DNA of 64,000 nt from Candidatus Zambryskiibacteriota bacterium (GTDB lineage: Bacteria; Patescibacteriota; Minisyncoccia; Phycocordibacterales; WO2-35-19), in the NCBI GenBank assembly GCA_043799105.1, contig JAZDOB010000012.1, positions 1,620 to 65,619 of the forward strand, read 5' to 3'. A program made the translations under genes and the position numbers. This document shows positions 1 to 7,819 of this stretch, one piece after another. Below the pieces are notes generated by a model, which searched no databases, was not told the DNA's origin, and saw nothing but the letters and a program-made list of their open reading frames with translations. Position 1 is the first letter of the stretch. Each line of letters starts with the position of its first letter.

Positions 1-782
1 ATTTCGCCAATTTTTGCCCCCTTTAATCCGGCTTTTTCAATCAGCTCTCCGGCGTAAATTTTTTTGTTGTTTATTATTGGATTTATAAAATATGAACCGG
101 CATTTGGAATAATTTTTGGGTTCGGCAACTTGTTTCTTCTTATTTCTATGATGGCTTCTCGGATTTCTTTTAAAGTGGGGGAGTTATTGTTTTTTTGTTC
201 AAAATACTCTTCCACACCTTTGTATTTTGGCATCTTTGGTTTTTCTTTTGAAAGTTTGAGAGTAGTTAATATTACAATAAAACGATCTGGATATTTTTTA
301 AAAAAGCTATTTCTGTACCCAAACTGACATTCTTTTTTGTTTAGAAAAACGAACTCCTTTTTTGTTTTATCGTAAGCTTCAACATCTTCCAAACAATCAG
401 CAATTTCGGAGCCGTAAGCGCTAATGTTTTGAATTGGAGCAGCACCGCTTTTGCCGGGGATGGCCGAGAGGGCTTCAATACCCGACAAATTATTTTCCAC
501 GGAAATTTTCACAACATCATCCCATTTTTCTCCGCCCTCGATTTTTATCTGGTTGCCATTTATCTCGGTTCCTGCAGAATCCAAGATGGCTACCACGGCC
601 TTGACATAATCACGCAATATAATATTTGTGCCTTCTCCTATGACAATAAGGGGCAGACCTTCTTTTATCGCCAGATTATTTATTTCCAAAATCTCAGATC
701 TTGATTTTATTTTTGCTACGAAACTGGCTACTGCCGGAATAGCCAGGGAGTTGGGAACAGCTGATTCTCTATCCACAATCAT
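1..782 (-). CDS. murB: UDP-N-acetylenolpyruvoylglucosamine reductase MurB, C-terminus cut by window edge
   Basis: Absent from the ORF track because it runs off the left edge. My reverse-strand translation from ATG(782) gives MIVDRESAVPNSLAIPAVASF..LIVIGEGTNIIL..LSGIEALSAIPGKSGAAPIQNISAYGSEI..CQFGYRNSFFK, matching the MurB FAD-binding domain motifs. Plus-strand ORFs 64..704 are shadows of it. Confidence 0.85.
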   Translation of the reverse strand, partial: MIVDRESAVPNSLAIPAVASFVAKIKSRSEILEINNLAIKEGLPLIVIGEGTNIILRDYVKAVVAILDSAGTEINGNQIKIEGGEKWDDVVKISVENNLSGIEALSAIPGKSGAAPIQNISAYGSEIADCLEDVEAYDKTKKEFVFLNKKECQFGYRNSFFKKYPDRFIVILTTLKLSKEKPKMPKYKGVEEYFEQKNNNSPTLKEIREAIIEIRRNKLPNPKIIPNAGSYFINPIINNKKIYAGELIEKAGLKGAKIGE

Positions 783-792
783 ACTTTTATTA

Positions 793-810
793 TATATCAC
801 ATATGATATA
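793..810. promoter_or_regulatory. Perfect 7-4-7 inverted repeat TATATCA-cata-TGATATA in the 36-bp murB/murA divergent spacer; candidate operator overlapping -10-like hexamers on both strands
   Basis: Read directly from the sequence. TATAAT lies at 807..812 on the plus strand, and ATTATA at 789..794 reads as TATAAT on the minus strand. Each is about 6 nt from its ATG. Confidence 0.5.
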
Positions 811-818
811 ATTTATTT

Positions 819-2342
819 ATGAAAAGCGGGGATAACCAAAAAGCCATAGGAAGTTTCATCAAAAAACTTCGCGAAAAACGCTCTCTTACCCAAGAAGAGT
901 TGGCTGAGAGACTCAAAACATCTCAAAGCGCTATTGCCAGAATAGAAAGCGGAGGACAAAATTTGACTGCAGGAGAGTTGCTGAAAATAGGGGACGCTTT
1001 GGAGCATAAGATTGTTTCCCTTTCCGATTCGATAGATTTTAAAATTCATGGCGGCAAAAAACTAAAAGGGATGATTAAAACCAACGCCTCAAAAAATGGT
1101 GCAATGGGACTTTTGTGCGCCTCTCTTTTAAACAAAAGCACCACTATACTCTATGGCATACCGAGAATTGAAGAAGTAAACAGAATGCTGGAAATTTTTT
1201 CCGGTTTAGGAGTCAAATGCAGATGGCTGGAAAGACAGACTTTGGAAATTGTTCCTCCCCAAAAATTTAAAGCAGAGGGGCTAATTCACAATGCCGTGGC
1301 AAGCGTCAGATCAAGTCTGATGCTTATTCCTGCTGCCGTCCATAATCTTAAAAAATTTTCATTACTTCACACCGGTGGCTGTAAAATGGGCGAAAGAACG
1401 ATCGCCGCCCACCGTTATGCTCTTGAAAATTTTGGTATCTTTATGAAGACCCAGAGCAATAGATATATTATCTCCTCTAAGTCTCTTAAACCGGCAAACA
1501 TTGTTATGTATGAAGCGAGCGATACGGCAACAGAAAATGCAATTATGGCCGCAGCTCTGATACCGAGAATCACCAAAATATCCTTCGCTCCGCCCAACTA
1601 TCAGGTTCAGGAAGTCTGCTTTTTTCTTGAAAAATGCGGGGTAAAAATAGACGGTATAGGCACCACCACTCTCCTGATTCATGGTGTGAAGAAAATAAAC
1701 CAGAAAATTGAATATTACAATAGCGAAGATCCGATTGAGTCAATGATGTTTATAAGTGCCGCCATTACAACAGGTTCCAGACTAAAAATAGAGAGATGCC
1801 CCATTGATTTTTTGTCCCTAGAATTAATCAAGCTCAAAGCTATGGGTTTAAAGTATAAAATTTCAAAAGAATATCTTGCCTTAAACAAAAATACAAAACT
1901 CGCAGATATAACGATATTTCCTTCGAAGCTGAAAGCTCTACGAGACAAAATACATGCCCAGCCTTATCCGGGCATTAATTCTGACAACTTGCCGTTTTTT
2001 GTACCTATTGTGACTCAAGCCGAAGGCACCACTCTCATACACGACTGGATGTGGGAAAACAGAGCAATTTATTTCACCGAGTTAAATCGCCTCGGGGCAA
2101 ATATAACACTGGCTGATCCTCACCGCGTTTTCATAAACGGGCCGACAAATTTAAAACCGGCACAGGTGGTTTGTCCTCCGGCTCTACGGCCGGCCATGAT
2201 AATTCTCATTGCTATGCTTGCAGCTCCCGGTATTTCAATTTTAAGAAACGTCTATTCTATCAACCGTGGCTATGAAGATGTTGTTTCTCGTTTAAACAGC
2301 ATCGGTGCTTCTATTGAAAAAATAACGGATGTCCAAAATTGA
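819..2342 (+). CDS. murA: XRE-type HTH domain fused to UDP-N-acetylglucosamine 1-carboxyvinyltransferase (MurA)
   Basis: Residues 1-65 form a Cro/C1 HTH (IKKLREKRSLTQEELAERLKTSQSAIARIESG). The rest is a full MurA/EPSP-fold enzyme (KIHGGKKLKG..ASKNGAMGLL..; catalytic loop LHTGGCKMGERT retains the Cys). Confidence 0.9.
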   Translation: MKSGDNQKAIGSFIKKLREKRSLTQEELAERLKTSQSAIARIESGGQNLTAGELLKIGDALEHKIVSLSDSIDFKIHGGKKLKGMIKTNASKNGAMGLLCASLLNKSTTILYGIPRIEEVNRMLEIFSGLGVKCRWLERQTLEIVPPQKFKAEGLIHNAVASVRSSLMLIPAAVHNLKKFSLLHTGGCKMGERTIAAHRYALENFGIFMKTQSNRYIISSKSLKPANIVMYEASDTATENAIMAAALIPRITKISFAPPNYQVQEVCFFLEKCGVKIDGIGTTTLLIHGVKKINQKIEYYNSEDPIESMMFISAAITTGSRLKIERCPIDFLSLELIKLKAMGLKYKISKEYLALNKNTKLADITIFPSKLKALRDKIHAQPYPGINSDNLPFFVPIVTQAEGTTLIHDWMWENRAIYFTELNRLGANITLADPHRVFINGPTNLKPAQVVCPPALRPAMIILIAMLAAPGISILRNVYSINRGYEDVVSRLNSIGASIEKITDVQN

Positions 2343-2384
2343 TATTGCCCTCATTTTTTGGTATAAACAGGTCAGGAGGGTTCT

Positions 2385-2570
2385 ATGACAAACCATATCG
2401 ATCTCAGTAAAGTTGTTTTGGATTATTTTCTCGAGACTGGCACGCTGTATCCGGATGTTCTGAAGCTGGATGTTGGTGTGATTGAGGAACTCATCGACGC
2501 CATTCCGAGCGGACATCCTGGACTCATCGCTCAGTTGGTGGGGTATTTACAGAAAGAAGGAGTATGTTGA
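2385..2570 (+). CDS. small hypothetical protein (61 aa)
   Basis: AGGAGG lies 6 nt upstream of the ATG. It overlaps the next gene by 7 nt (coupled). No recognisable motif. Confidence 0.35.
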   Translation: MTNHIDLSKVVLDYFLETGTLYPDVLKLDVGVIEELIDAIPSGHPGLIAQLVGYLQKEGVC

Positions 2571-3307
2571 AATACAAAGAACATGTTTTTATGGATAGGC
2601 CGATACCGGACTTGTCTGATTTTAGATCAGACGAGTCTTTCTATCGGAATTATCCTATTTATCCAACCGACGAGGCGTGTGTAAAAGTAAACAACACGCT
2701 TCTGTGTCAGAGCTACTACTGGTATTATAATCCGAGACCAAAAGGAGCAATGGAACAGATCTTTCTGAGGAAAGAATTAATCTTCAGACTCATCAGAATC
2801 GACAAGGAACTCCGTCTTTTAGGTCTTCGTTTGTTGATTCAGGAGGGGTACCGACCCCTTTCTGTCCAGCGCTTTGTCCAGGAAGTTTCTGTATTTAAGG
2901 GGCTTAAGAAAGAAAATCCTGGCCTTACGGATGCAGAACTTCAAGAAAAAGTCAGGATGTTCGCTACTTCTGTTAATGGAGATTTTCGTCGGTATCCACC
3001 ACCTCACCTTACGGGTGGGGCTGTCGATTTGACCATTGTCTATGTGGAAAATGGCGAACAGGTTGATATGGGCAAGAAAGGGGGGTTGTATAACACGGCC
3101 TTTCCTGATGCTCTAGAAAGACAAAACCCGGGAGAGTTTGAGGGGGCGAAACGCTTCAGACGTCTTCTCTTCTGGCTTGCTTCTACAGAGCAGATGGCTA
3201 TGAATCCCACCGAATGGTGGCATCTTTCTTGGGAAGATCAGATGTGGGCGTGGGTCACCAAAGCGCCATTCGCGACATATGGTGTTGCGGAAAATTTTAT
3301 TCGGTGA
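2564..3307 (+). CDS. D-alanyl-D-alanine dipeptidase, VanX/DdpX-like (peptidase M15D)
   Basis: Carries the zinc/active-site signatures HLTGGAVDLT and EWWHLSW typical of VanX-family dipeptidases. AAGGAG Shine-Dalgarno upstream. Confidence 0.75.
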   Translation: MLKYKEHVFMDRPIPDLSDFRSDESFYRNYPIYPTDEACVKVNNTLLCQSYYWYYNPRPKGAMEQIFLRKELIFRLIRIDKELRLLGLRLLIQEGYRPLSVQRFVQEVSVFKGLKKENPGLTDAELQEKVRMFATSVNGDFRRYPPPHLTGGAVDLTIVYVENGEQVDMGKKGGLYNTAFPDALERQNPGEFEGAKRFRRLLFWLASTEQMAMNPTEWWHLSWEDQMWAWVTKAPFATYGVAENFIR

Positions 3308-3311
3308 CACA

Positions 3312-3350
3312 GGCGGGCTTCGAGTTGAAGCCCGCCATTTTGTTATTGTT
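3312..3350 (+). terminator. Rho-independent terminator
   Basis: A 10-bp GC stem ggcgggcttc/gaagcccgcc with a 5-nt loop is followed by attttgttattgtttt. Confidence 0.8.
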
Positions 3351-3355
3351 TTATT

Positions 3356-4759
3356 TTGCTGTATTATAAAAAAATGGAATTGAAAGATAAAAAAGTTTTG
3401 TTAATGGGACTAGGCTTGTTGGGTGGCGGTGTGGCTACTGCACGCTGGCTTGTAGAGCGGGGAGCCGTTTTGACCATAACAGACATGAAAGACGAAGAAT
3501 CGCTGAAACCTTCTATTGAAAAACTAAAAGAATACAAAAGTAAAATAAAATATATTCTTGGTAGACACGAAGAAAAAGATTTTTTGAATAACGATATTAT
3601 TGTTATAAATCCGGATGTTCCGGCGAACAACAAATTTGTTGAATTGGCGAGAAAAGCCGGTAAACAAATTGAAAACGAGCTTACTCTCTTTTATAAATTT
3701 TGTCCAAGCCGAAAAATTGTGGCAGTGACGGGTACTAGAGGAAAAACTACTACTGTAAATTGGATAGCTCACTTTCTTAAATCTGGGAATCCGAACACTT
3801 TAGTTATAGGCAACACACCAGAAAAGCCATTTTTGCAGGAGATAAAAAAATGCAATGCCGATACGCAAGTTGTTATAGAAGCGCCCTCTTTCCAATTAGA
3901 AATCTGTAGTGAATCTGAATTTGCTCCACATATTGCTGTCATCACAAATTTATACAGAGATCATATAAATAGGCACAAAAGCATGGAAGAATATGCAAAA
4001 GCCAAGAGCAATATTTTTAGACACCAAAAAGAAGATGATTTCCTTATTTTAGACAAAGAAAATGAGTGGACTAATTTTTTTCTGGCTCAAAAACCAAAAT
4101 CAAAAATACTGTTTTTTTCTGAAGAAAATTTAATCATAGATAAGAATGAATTTATAAAGCTTTGGGGAGAGCATAATTTGCAAAATTTTGCCACTTCTTC
4201 TTTGGTGGCTCTCACTTTAGGGATTTCTCCCGAGGAAATAAAAAAACAGATATCAAGTTTGCCTCAAATAAAATTCAGGCAGGAAAAAGTTTTTGAAAAT
4301 GAGAGATTGTCTATTTACAACGATACTACATCTACTTCTCCTGAAGCGCTAACTGCGGCCATGGAGAGATTTTTATCTGATGGGGAAAAGGCTGTTTTTA
4401 TCAGTGGTGGCACCGACAGAGAATTGGATTATAGGAAATGGGCTGAAACTGCCCAAAAACTCATTAAACCCGAGAATCTGATATTATTATCAGGCAGTGC
4501 CACGGAGAAAATGAAAAAAGAATTGGACGGGGATAGTTTCAATGAGTTCAACAGTCTTGAAGAATGTTTCAAAAAAGCTTTGGAAATTGTAAAAAAAGCC
4601 CCCACTTCGCTAAAGCTTCCCGCCCGAACGCTTCAGGCGGGCAGGCGCGGGGCAAGCAAGATCATTTTTTCACCCGGAGCAAAAAGCTTTGAAAAATTTA
4701 AAAACGAGTTTGACAGGGGTGAGCAGTTTAATTTACTAGTGAATAAATTATTGAAATGA
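3356..4759 (+). CDS. murD: UDP-N-acetylmuramoylalanine--D-glutamate ligase
   Basis: N-terminal Rossmann motif KKVLLMGLGLLGGG and the Mur-ligase P-loop VAVTGTRGKTTT. An alternative start is M7 at 3374. Carries an in-frame repeat insertion near 4600..4655 (APTSLKLPARTLQAGRRGAS). Confidence 0.9.
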   Translation: MLYYKKMELKDKKVLLMGLGLLGGGVATARWLVERGAVLTITDMKDEESLKPSIEKLKEYKSKIKYILGRHEEKDFLNNDIIVINPDVPANNKFVELARKAGKQIENELTLFYKFCPSRKIVAVTGTRGKTTTVNWIAHFLKSGNPNTLVIGNTPEKPFLQEIKKCNADTQVVIEAPSFQLEICSESEFAPHIAVITNLYRDHINRHKSMEEYAKAKSNIFRHQKEDDFLILDKENEWTNFFLAQKPKSKILFFSEENLIIDKNEFIKLWGEHNLQNFATSSLVALTLGISPEEIKKQISSLPQIKFRQEKVFENERLSIYNDTTSTSPEALTAAMERFLSDGEKAVFISGGTDRELDYRKWAETAQKLIKPENLILLSGSATEKMKKELDGDSFNEFNSLEECFKKALEIVKKAPTSLKLPARTLQAGRRGASKIIFSPGAKSFEKFKNEFDRGEQFNLLVNKLLK

Positions 4760-5589
4760 CAAACTATTGTTTTTTGAACGGAAAAATTTTGCCTCTTGAC
4801 GAGGCGAAGGTTGGAATAGAGGACATCGGCCTTCTGCGAGGCTATGGCATTTATGACGGGATAACAGTCGTCAATGGGAAAGTTTTTCATTTTGCCGACC
4901 ACTGGAATAGGTTTGTTTCCGGGGCTCACATGCTCAATCTGAACATTCCTATTACAGAAGAAAAAACCGAGAAAGTTATTAAAGAGATAGCCGAAAAAAG
5001 CGGGCTGAAAGAAAGAGCAAACATAAGGGTGATTTTGACGGGAGGAAAAACCGTAAATGGCATTGAATATGATTTTGAAACTCCGACATTTTATATTATT
5101 GCCGAAAAATGGGAGCCGCTCCCCGAAGATTTTTACAAAAATGGAGCCAAACTCATAACTTACAAACATGCGCGGGAAATGCCGGAAGTCAAGACAATAA
5201 ATTACGTCAAAGCTGTTAATTTGCAGAACTGGAGAAAAGACGAAAAAGCTGTGGAGATACTTTATACGTATGATGGAGAAGTCTTGGAGTGTGCCACATC
5301 CAATATTTTTGTTATCAAAAACAAGGTTTTAATAACCCCGACAGAAAATGTCTTATCCGGTATAACAAAAAAAGTGATATTAAAAATCGCAGAAGGGAAA
5401 TACCAAATAGAAGAAAGACCAATAAAAGAAGAGGAACTTAAAACAGCCGATGAAATCTTTATAACATCTTCTTTTAAAGATATTGTGCCGATTGTCAAAA
5501 TAGATGATTTTGAAGTGGCAAATGGCAAGGTTGGGTCGATTACAAAAGATTTGATGGGGGAGTTTGCAAAAGTTCTAAATATAGGTTAG
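4756..5589 (+). CDS. class IV aminotransferase (D-amino-acid / branched-chain aminotransferase family)
   Basis: Fold-type IV pattern: GLLRGYGIYDGI, ITGGK-like LTGGKT, KTINYVKAV and SNIFVIK. A 4-nt overlap with murD suggests a D-Glu supply role, which is inference. Confidence 0.75.
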   Translation: MTNYCFLNGKILPLDEAKVGIEDIGLLRGYGIYDGITVVNGKVFHFADHWNRFVSGAHMLNLNIPITEEKTEKVIKEIAEKSGLKERANIRVILTGGKTVNGIEYDFETPTFYIIAEKWEPLPEDFYKNGAKLITYKHAREMPEVKTINYVKAVNLQNWRKDEKAVEILYTYDGEVLECATSNIFVIKNKVLITPTENVLSGITKKVILKIAEGKYQIEERPIKEEELKTADEIFITSSFKDIVPIVKIDDFEVANGKVGSITKDLMGEFAKVLNIG

Positions 5590-5598
5590 GATAAGGCT

Positions 5599-5754
5599 AT
5601 GTCACAAGATCAACTAATAAGACTGGTAAATAAATCGACCGGAGAGGTCTATTTCACGCGCAAAAACAAGCGCAAAGTAGAACGCAAAATCGAACTCAAA
5701 AAATACTCCAAAAAACTCAGAAAAAGGGTGGTTTTCAAGGAAGCTAAAAAATAA
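5599..5754 (+). CDS. rpmG: 50S ribosomal protein L33
   Basis: A 51-aa ORF below the track cutoff. My translation is MSQDQLIRLVNKSTGEVYFTRKNKRKVERKIELKKYSKKLRKRVVFKEAKK, which matches the L33 consensus (..YxTxKNKRxxxxKLELKKYxPxLRKHVxxKExK). Confidence 0.85.
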   Translation: MSQDQLIRLVNKSTGEVYFTRKNKRKVERKIELKKYSKKLRKRVVFKEAKK

Positions 5755-5884
5755 AATAGCAAAATTGTCTGTTCGCTTAGCCGACGGATAAAATTCTGCT
5801 GAATTTTTCCTATACTCGGCCCAAGGCCTCCGTAAAGGCACGCTCACAGACAATTTTGCTATTTTCTGTTATATTGAAATTGTT

Positions 5885-5955
5885 GGGCCTATAGTTCAAT
5901 GGTAGAATGATCGTCTCCAAAACGATTGATCGAGGTTCAAATCCTCGTGGGCCCG
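5885..5955 (+). tRNA. trnW: tRNA-Trp (CCA)
   Basis: Cloverleaf folded by hand. Acceptor GGGCCUA/UGGGCCC, anticodon stem AUCGU/ACGAU, loop CUCCAAA, T-arm CGAGG-UUCAAAU-CCUCG. Confidence 0.9.
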
Positions 5956-6029
5956 CCTTCGGTACGCAGTAGCGTACCTTCGGCGTGGCGAAGCCCGCCA
6001 AGAAGGGACGCGAAGGCGACCTGAGTCGA

Positions 6030-6263
6030 ATGCACTACGTATATTCTCTAAAATGCAAAGATGGTTTTTATCTGGGTTGCACCAATGATTTAAAGGGTAG
6101 AATCAAAAGACATAAATCTGGACAAGTTAGCGCAACAAAAGAAAGATTACCAGTTGAATTAGATTTTTATATAGCACTAGAAAATGAATACAAAGCCTTC
6201 AATTTCGAAAAATATTTAAAATCTGGTTCAGGTAGATCTTTTATTAAGAAACATTTCACTTAA
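6030..6263 (+). CDS. GIY-YIG nuclease domain protein (UPF0213-like)
   Basis: MHYVYSLKCKDGFYLGCTNDLKGRIKRHKSG is a GIY..YIG motif plus the conserved R and H/K. I moved the start from 5985 because the extension lies in GC-rich repeat DNA abutting tRNA-Trp. Confidence 0.7.
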   Translation: MHYVYSLKCKDGFYLGCTNDLKGRIKRHKSGQVSATKERLPVELDFYIALENEYKAFNFEKYLKSGSGRSFIKKHFT

Positions 6264-6279
6264 TTTTTAAGATATAAAT

Positions 6280-6672
6280 ATGATAAAAGAAACACCAGAG
6301 CAACGTTCAGATAGAATACTCGGTCAACTATTGAGTAAGTACCCCAATACGAATGTCTTTGATATTGATGGACGGAAAGAGCATTTTGTTTGCGAATTAG
6401 AACCGACAAAAAATCATCCGGAATATGATCGGGCAATTGAGGTAATAATATCTAGTAAGCCACATAAACATTTGAAAACAACTCAAAATTACAAAATCCT
6501 TTCAGGAACACTTGAGTTGCATATAGGTGAAGAAATGATGATGCTAAAGATTGGAGATACATATACAATGGAACCAAATAATATTCATTGGGCAAAAAGT
6601 GACAATGAGTGCTGGGTAGAAATATATTCTAAACCGGGCTGGACCAAAGAAGATCACATCAATATGGATTAA
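6280..6672 (+). CDS. cupin domain protein
   Basis: Cupin motifs PHKHLKTTQNYKILSGTLEL and IGDTYTMEPNNIHW. Confidence 0.55.
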   Translation: MIKETPEQRSDRILGQLLSKYPNTNVFDIDGRKEHFVCELEPTKNHPEYDRAIEVIISSKPHKHLKTTQNYKILSGTLELHIGEEMMMLKIGDTYTMEPNNIHWAKSDNECWVEIYSKPGWTKEDHINMD

Positions 6673-6675
6673 ACT

Positions 6676-7653
6676 TTATAAAAATTTTCTCGCTTCTTTC
6701 TCTACCAAACCAATTCTTGGTGGTAGCCAAATAATACTTTTATCTTTTTTGAACCACGTCATCTGGCGTTTGGCGTATTGGTAAGTTTCAATTTGCATTC
6801 GTCTTATCATTTCCGGTTTTGATATTTTGTTTTGTAAGAATAGGGAAACAATCTTATATTCCAAACCGATTTCTGCCATCCTTTTCCAAGACAAGCCTTT
6901 TTTGTGCAAATTTTGAACTTCTTTCAGGAGTCCCATCTTAAACCACTTTTCTATTCTTTTATTTATTCTTGCTTTTAGTTTGTTTTCATCAAAAAAATAA
7001 CTCACCCCACCCTCTCTTACTACAAGAGAGGGTTTTCGGAGCCCCTTCCTTTTGTTGTAAGAGGAAGGGGTTGGGGATGGAGTTATCGGAGCGATTCCTA
7101 TCTTGCATACTTCATAATTCATACTTCTTGATTTAAATTTAGGTACCTTCCCGATGGCTTCGCATATCTCAATTGCCCTTATAAGCCGTCTCGGATTTTG
7201 TTTTTCAATCGTCTCTGCCCTCTCTGGATCTAGCTTTTTTAATATTTCGAAAAGTTCTCTCGTTGTTTTCTTTTCTAATTTCGCTCGCAGTTTGGGATTT
7301 GGTGGAACCTCGGGAATTTGCTTATCTCCCAAGAGTGCGTCAATGTAAAACCCCGTGCCCCCGCAGACAATCGGTAATTTTCCAGACTTAACAATTTCAG
7401 CGATCGCATAATTTGTTAAGTGCATAAAATCTGAGGCAGTAAATCTCTTCCGAGGGTCAGAAACATCAATCAAATGATGCTTAACTCCCTTCATTTCTTT
7501 TTTAGTAATTTTACCTGTGCCAATATCAAGTCCCTTATAAACTTGTCTTGAATCAGCCGAAATAATTTCCCCGTTATGTTTTTGAGCTAGCTTGACCGCC
7601 AGATCACTTTTACCGCTTGCGGTCGGTCCGAGGATTACAATTAGTTTTTGCAT
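6676..7653 (-). CDS. miaA: tRNA dimethylallyltransferase
   Basis: P-loop LGPTASGKSDLAV and SADSRQVYKGLDIGTGK. I moved the start to MQKLIVIL at 7653 because the track's N-terminal 23 aa overlap tRNA-Leu. Contains the in-frame repeat at 7001..7082. Confidence 0.9.
   Translation of the reverse strand: MQKLIVILGPTASGKSDLAVKLAQKHNGEIISADSRQVYKGLDIGTGKITKKEMKGVKHHLIDVSDPRKRFTASDFMHLTNYAIAEIVKSGKLPIVCGGTGFYIDALLGDKQIPEVPPNPKLRAKLEKKTTRELFEILKKLDPERAETIEKQNPRRLIRAIEICEAIGKVPKFKSRSMNYEVCKIGIAPITPSPTPSSYNKRKGLRKPSLVVREGGVSYFFDENKLKARINKRIEKWFKMGLLKEVQNLHKKGLSWKRMAEIGLEYKIVSLFLQNKISKPEMIRRMQIETYQYAKRQMTWFKKDKSIIWLPPRIGLVEKEARKFL
7001..7082. repeat. Family A palindromic element (two hairpins), in frame inside miaA
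   Basis: Outer arms ctcacccca / ttggggatggag. Inner hairpins ccctctctt..aagagaggg and ccccttcct..aggaagggg. Encodes PITPSPTPSSYNKRKGLRKPSLVVREGGVS. Confidence 0.75.
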
Positions 7654-7655
7654 TG

Positions 7656-7736
7656 TGCCGGAGGAGAGACTTGAACTCTCATGGGTTGCCCCACACGATT
7701 TTGAGTCGTGCATGTCTACCATTCCATCACTCCGGC
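7656..7736 (-). tRNA. trnL: tRNA-Leu (CAA)
   Basis: The reverse complement folds as GCCGGAG..D-arm..CACGA-CUCAAAA-UCGUG, a long variable arm UGGGGCAACCCAUG, and a T-arm AGAG-UUCAAGU-CUCU. It ends 2 nt before the miaA ATG. Confidence 0.9.
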
Positions 7737-7819
7737 TTCGATTAAAATATACCCTAAATATCCACCAAAATCAAAAGTTTTAGCTTTTATTTTTGGTCGT
7801 TGTGATGTAAAATACCACC

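Noticed and set aside
64-704. Plus-strand ORFs 64..327, 429..704 and 628..822.
   Set aside because: They are antisense shadows of murB, which reads cleanly on the minus strand from 782 to the window edge with strong family motifs.
5614-6001. Minus-strand ORFs 5614..5853 and 5810..6001.
   Set aside because: They overlap rpmG (strong L33 match on the plus strand) and tRNA-Trp, and have no motifs.
5985-6029. The upstream start of the GIY-YIG ORF (MAKPAKKGREGDLSR).
   Set aside because: This segment lies in GC-rich hairpin/repeat DNA abutting the tRNA. The GIY-YIG domain begins at MHYVYSL (6030).
7654-7722. A 23-aa N-terminal extension of the miaA ORF (MVDMHDSKSCGATHESSSLSSGT).
   Set aside because: The extension is the reverse complement of a well-folded tRNA-Leu(CAA). 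The canonical MiaA N-terminus (MQKLIVILGPTASGKS) starts at 7653.
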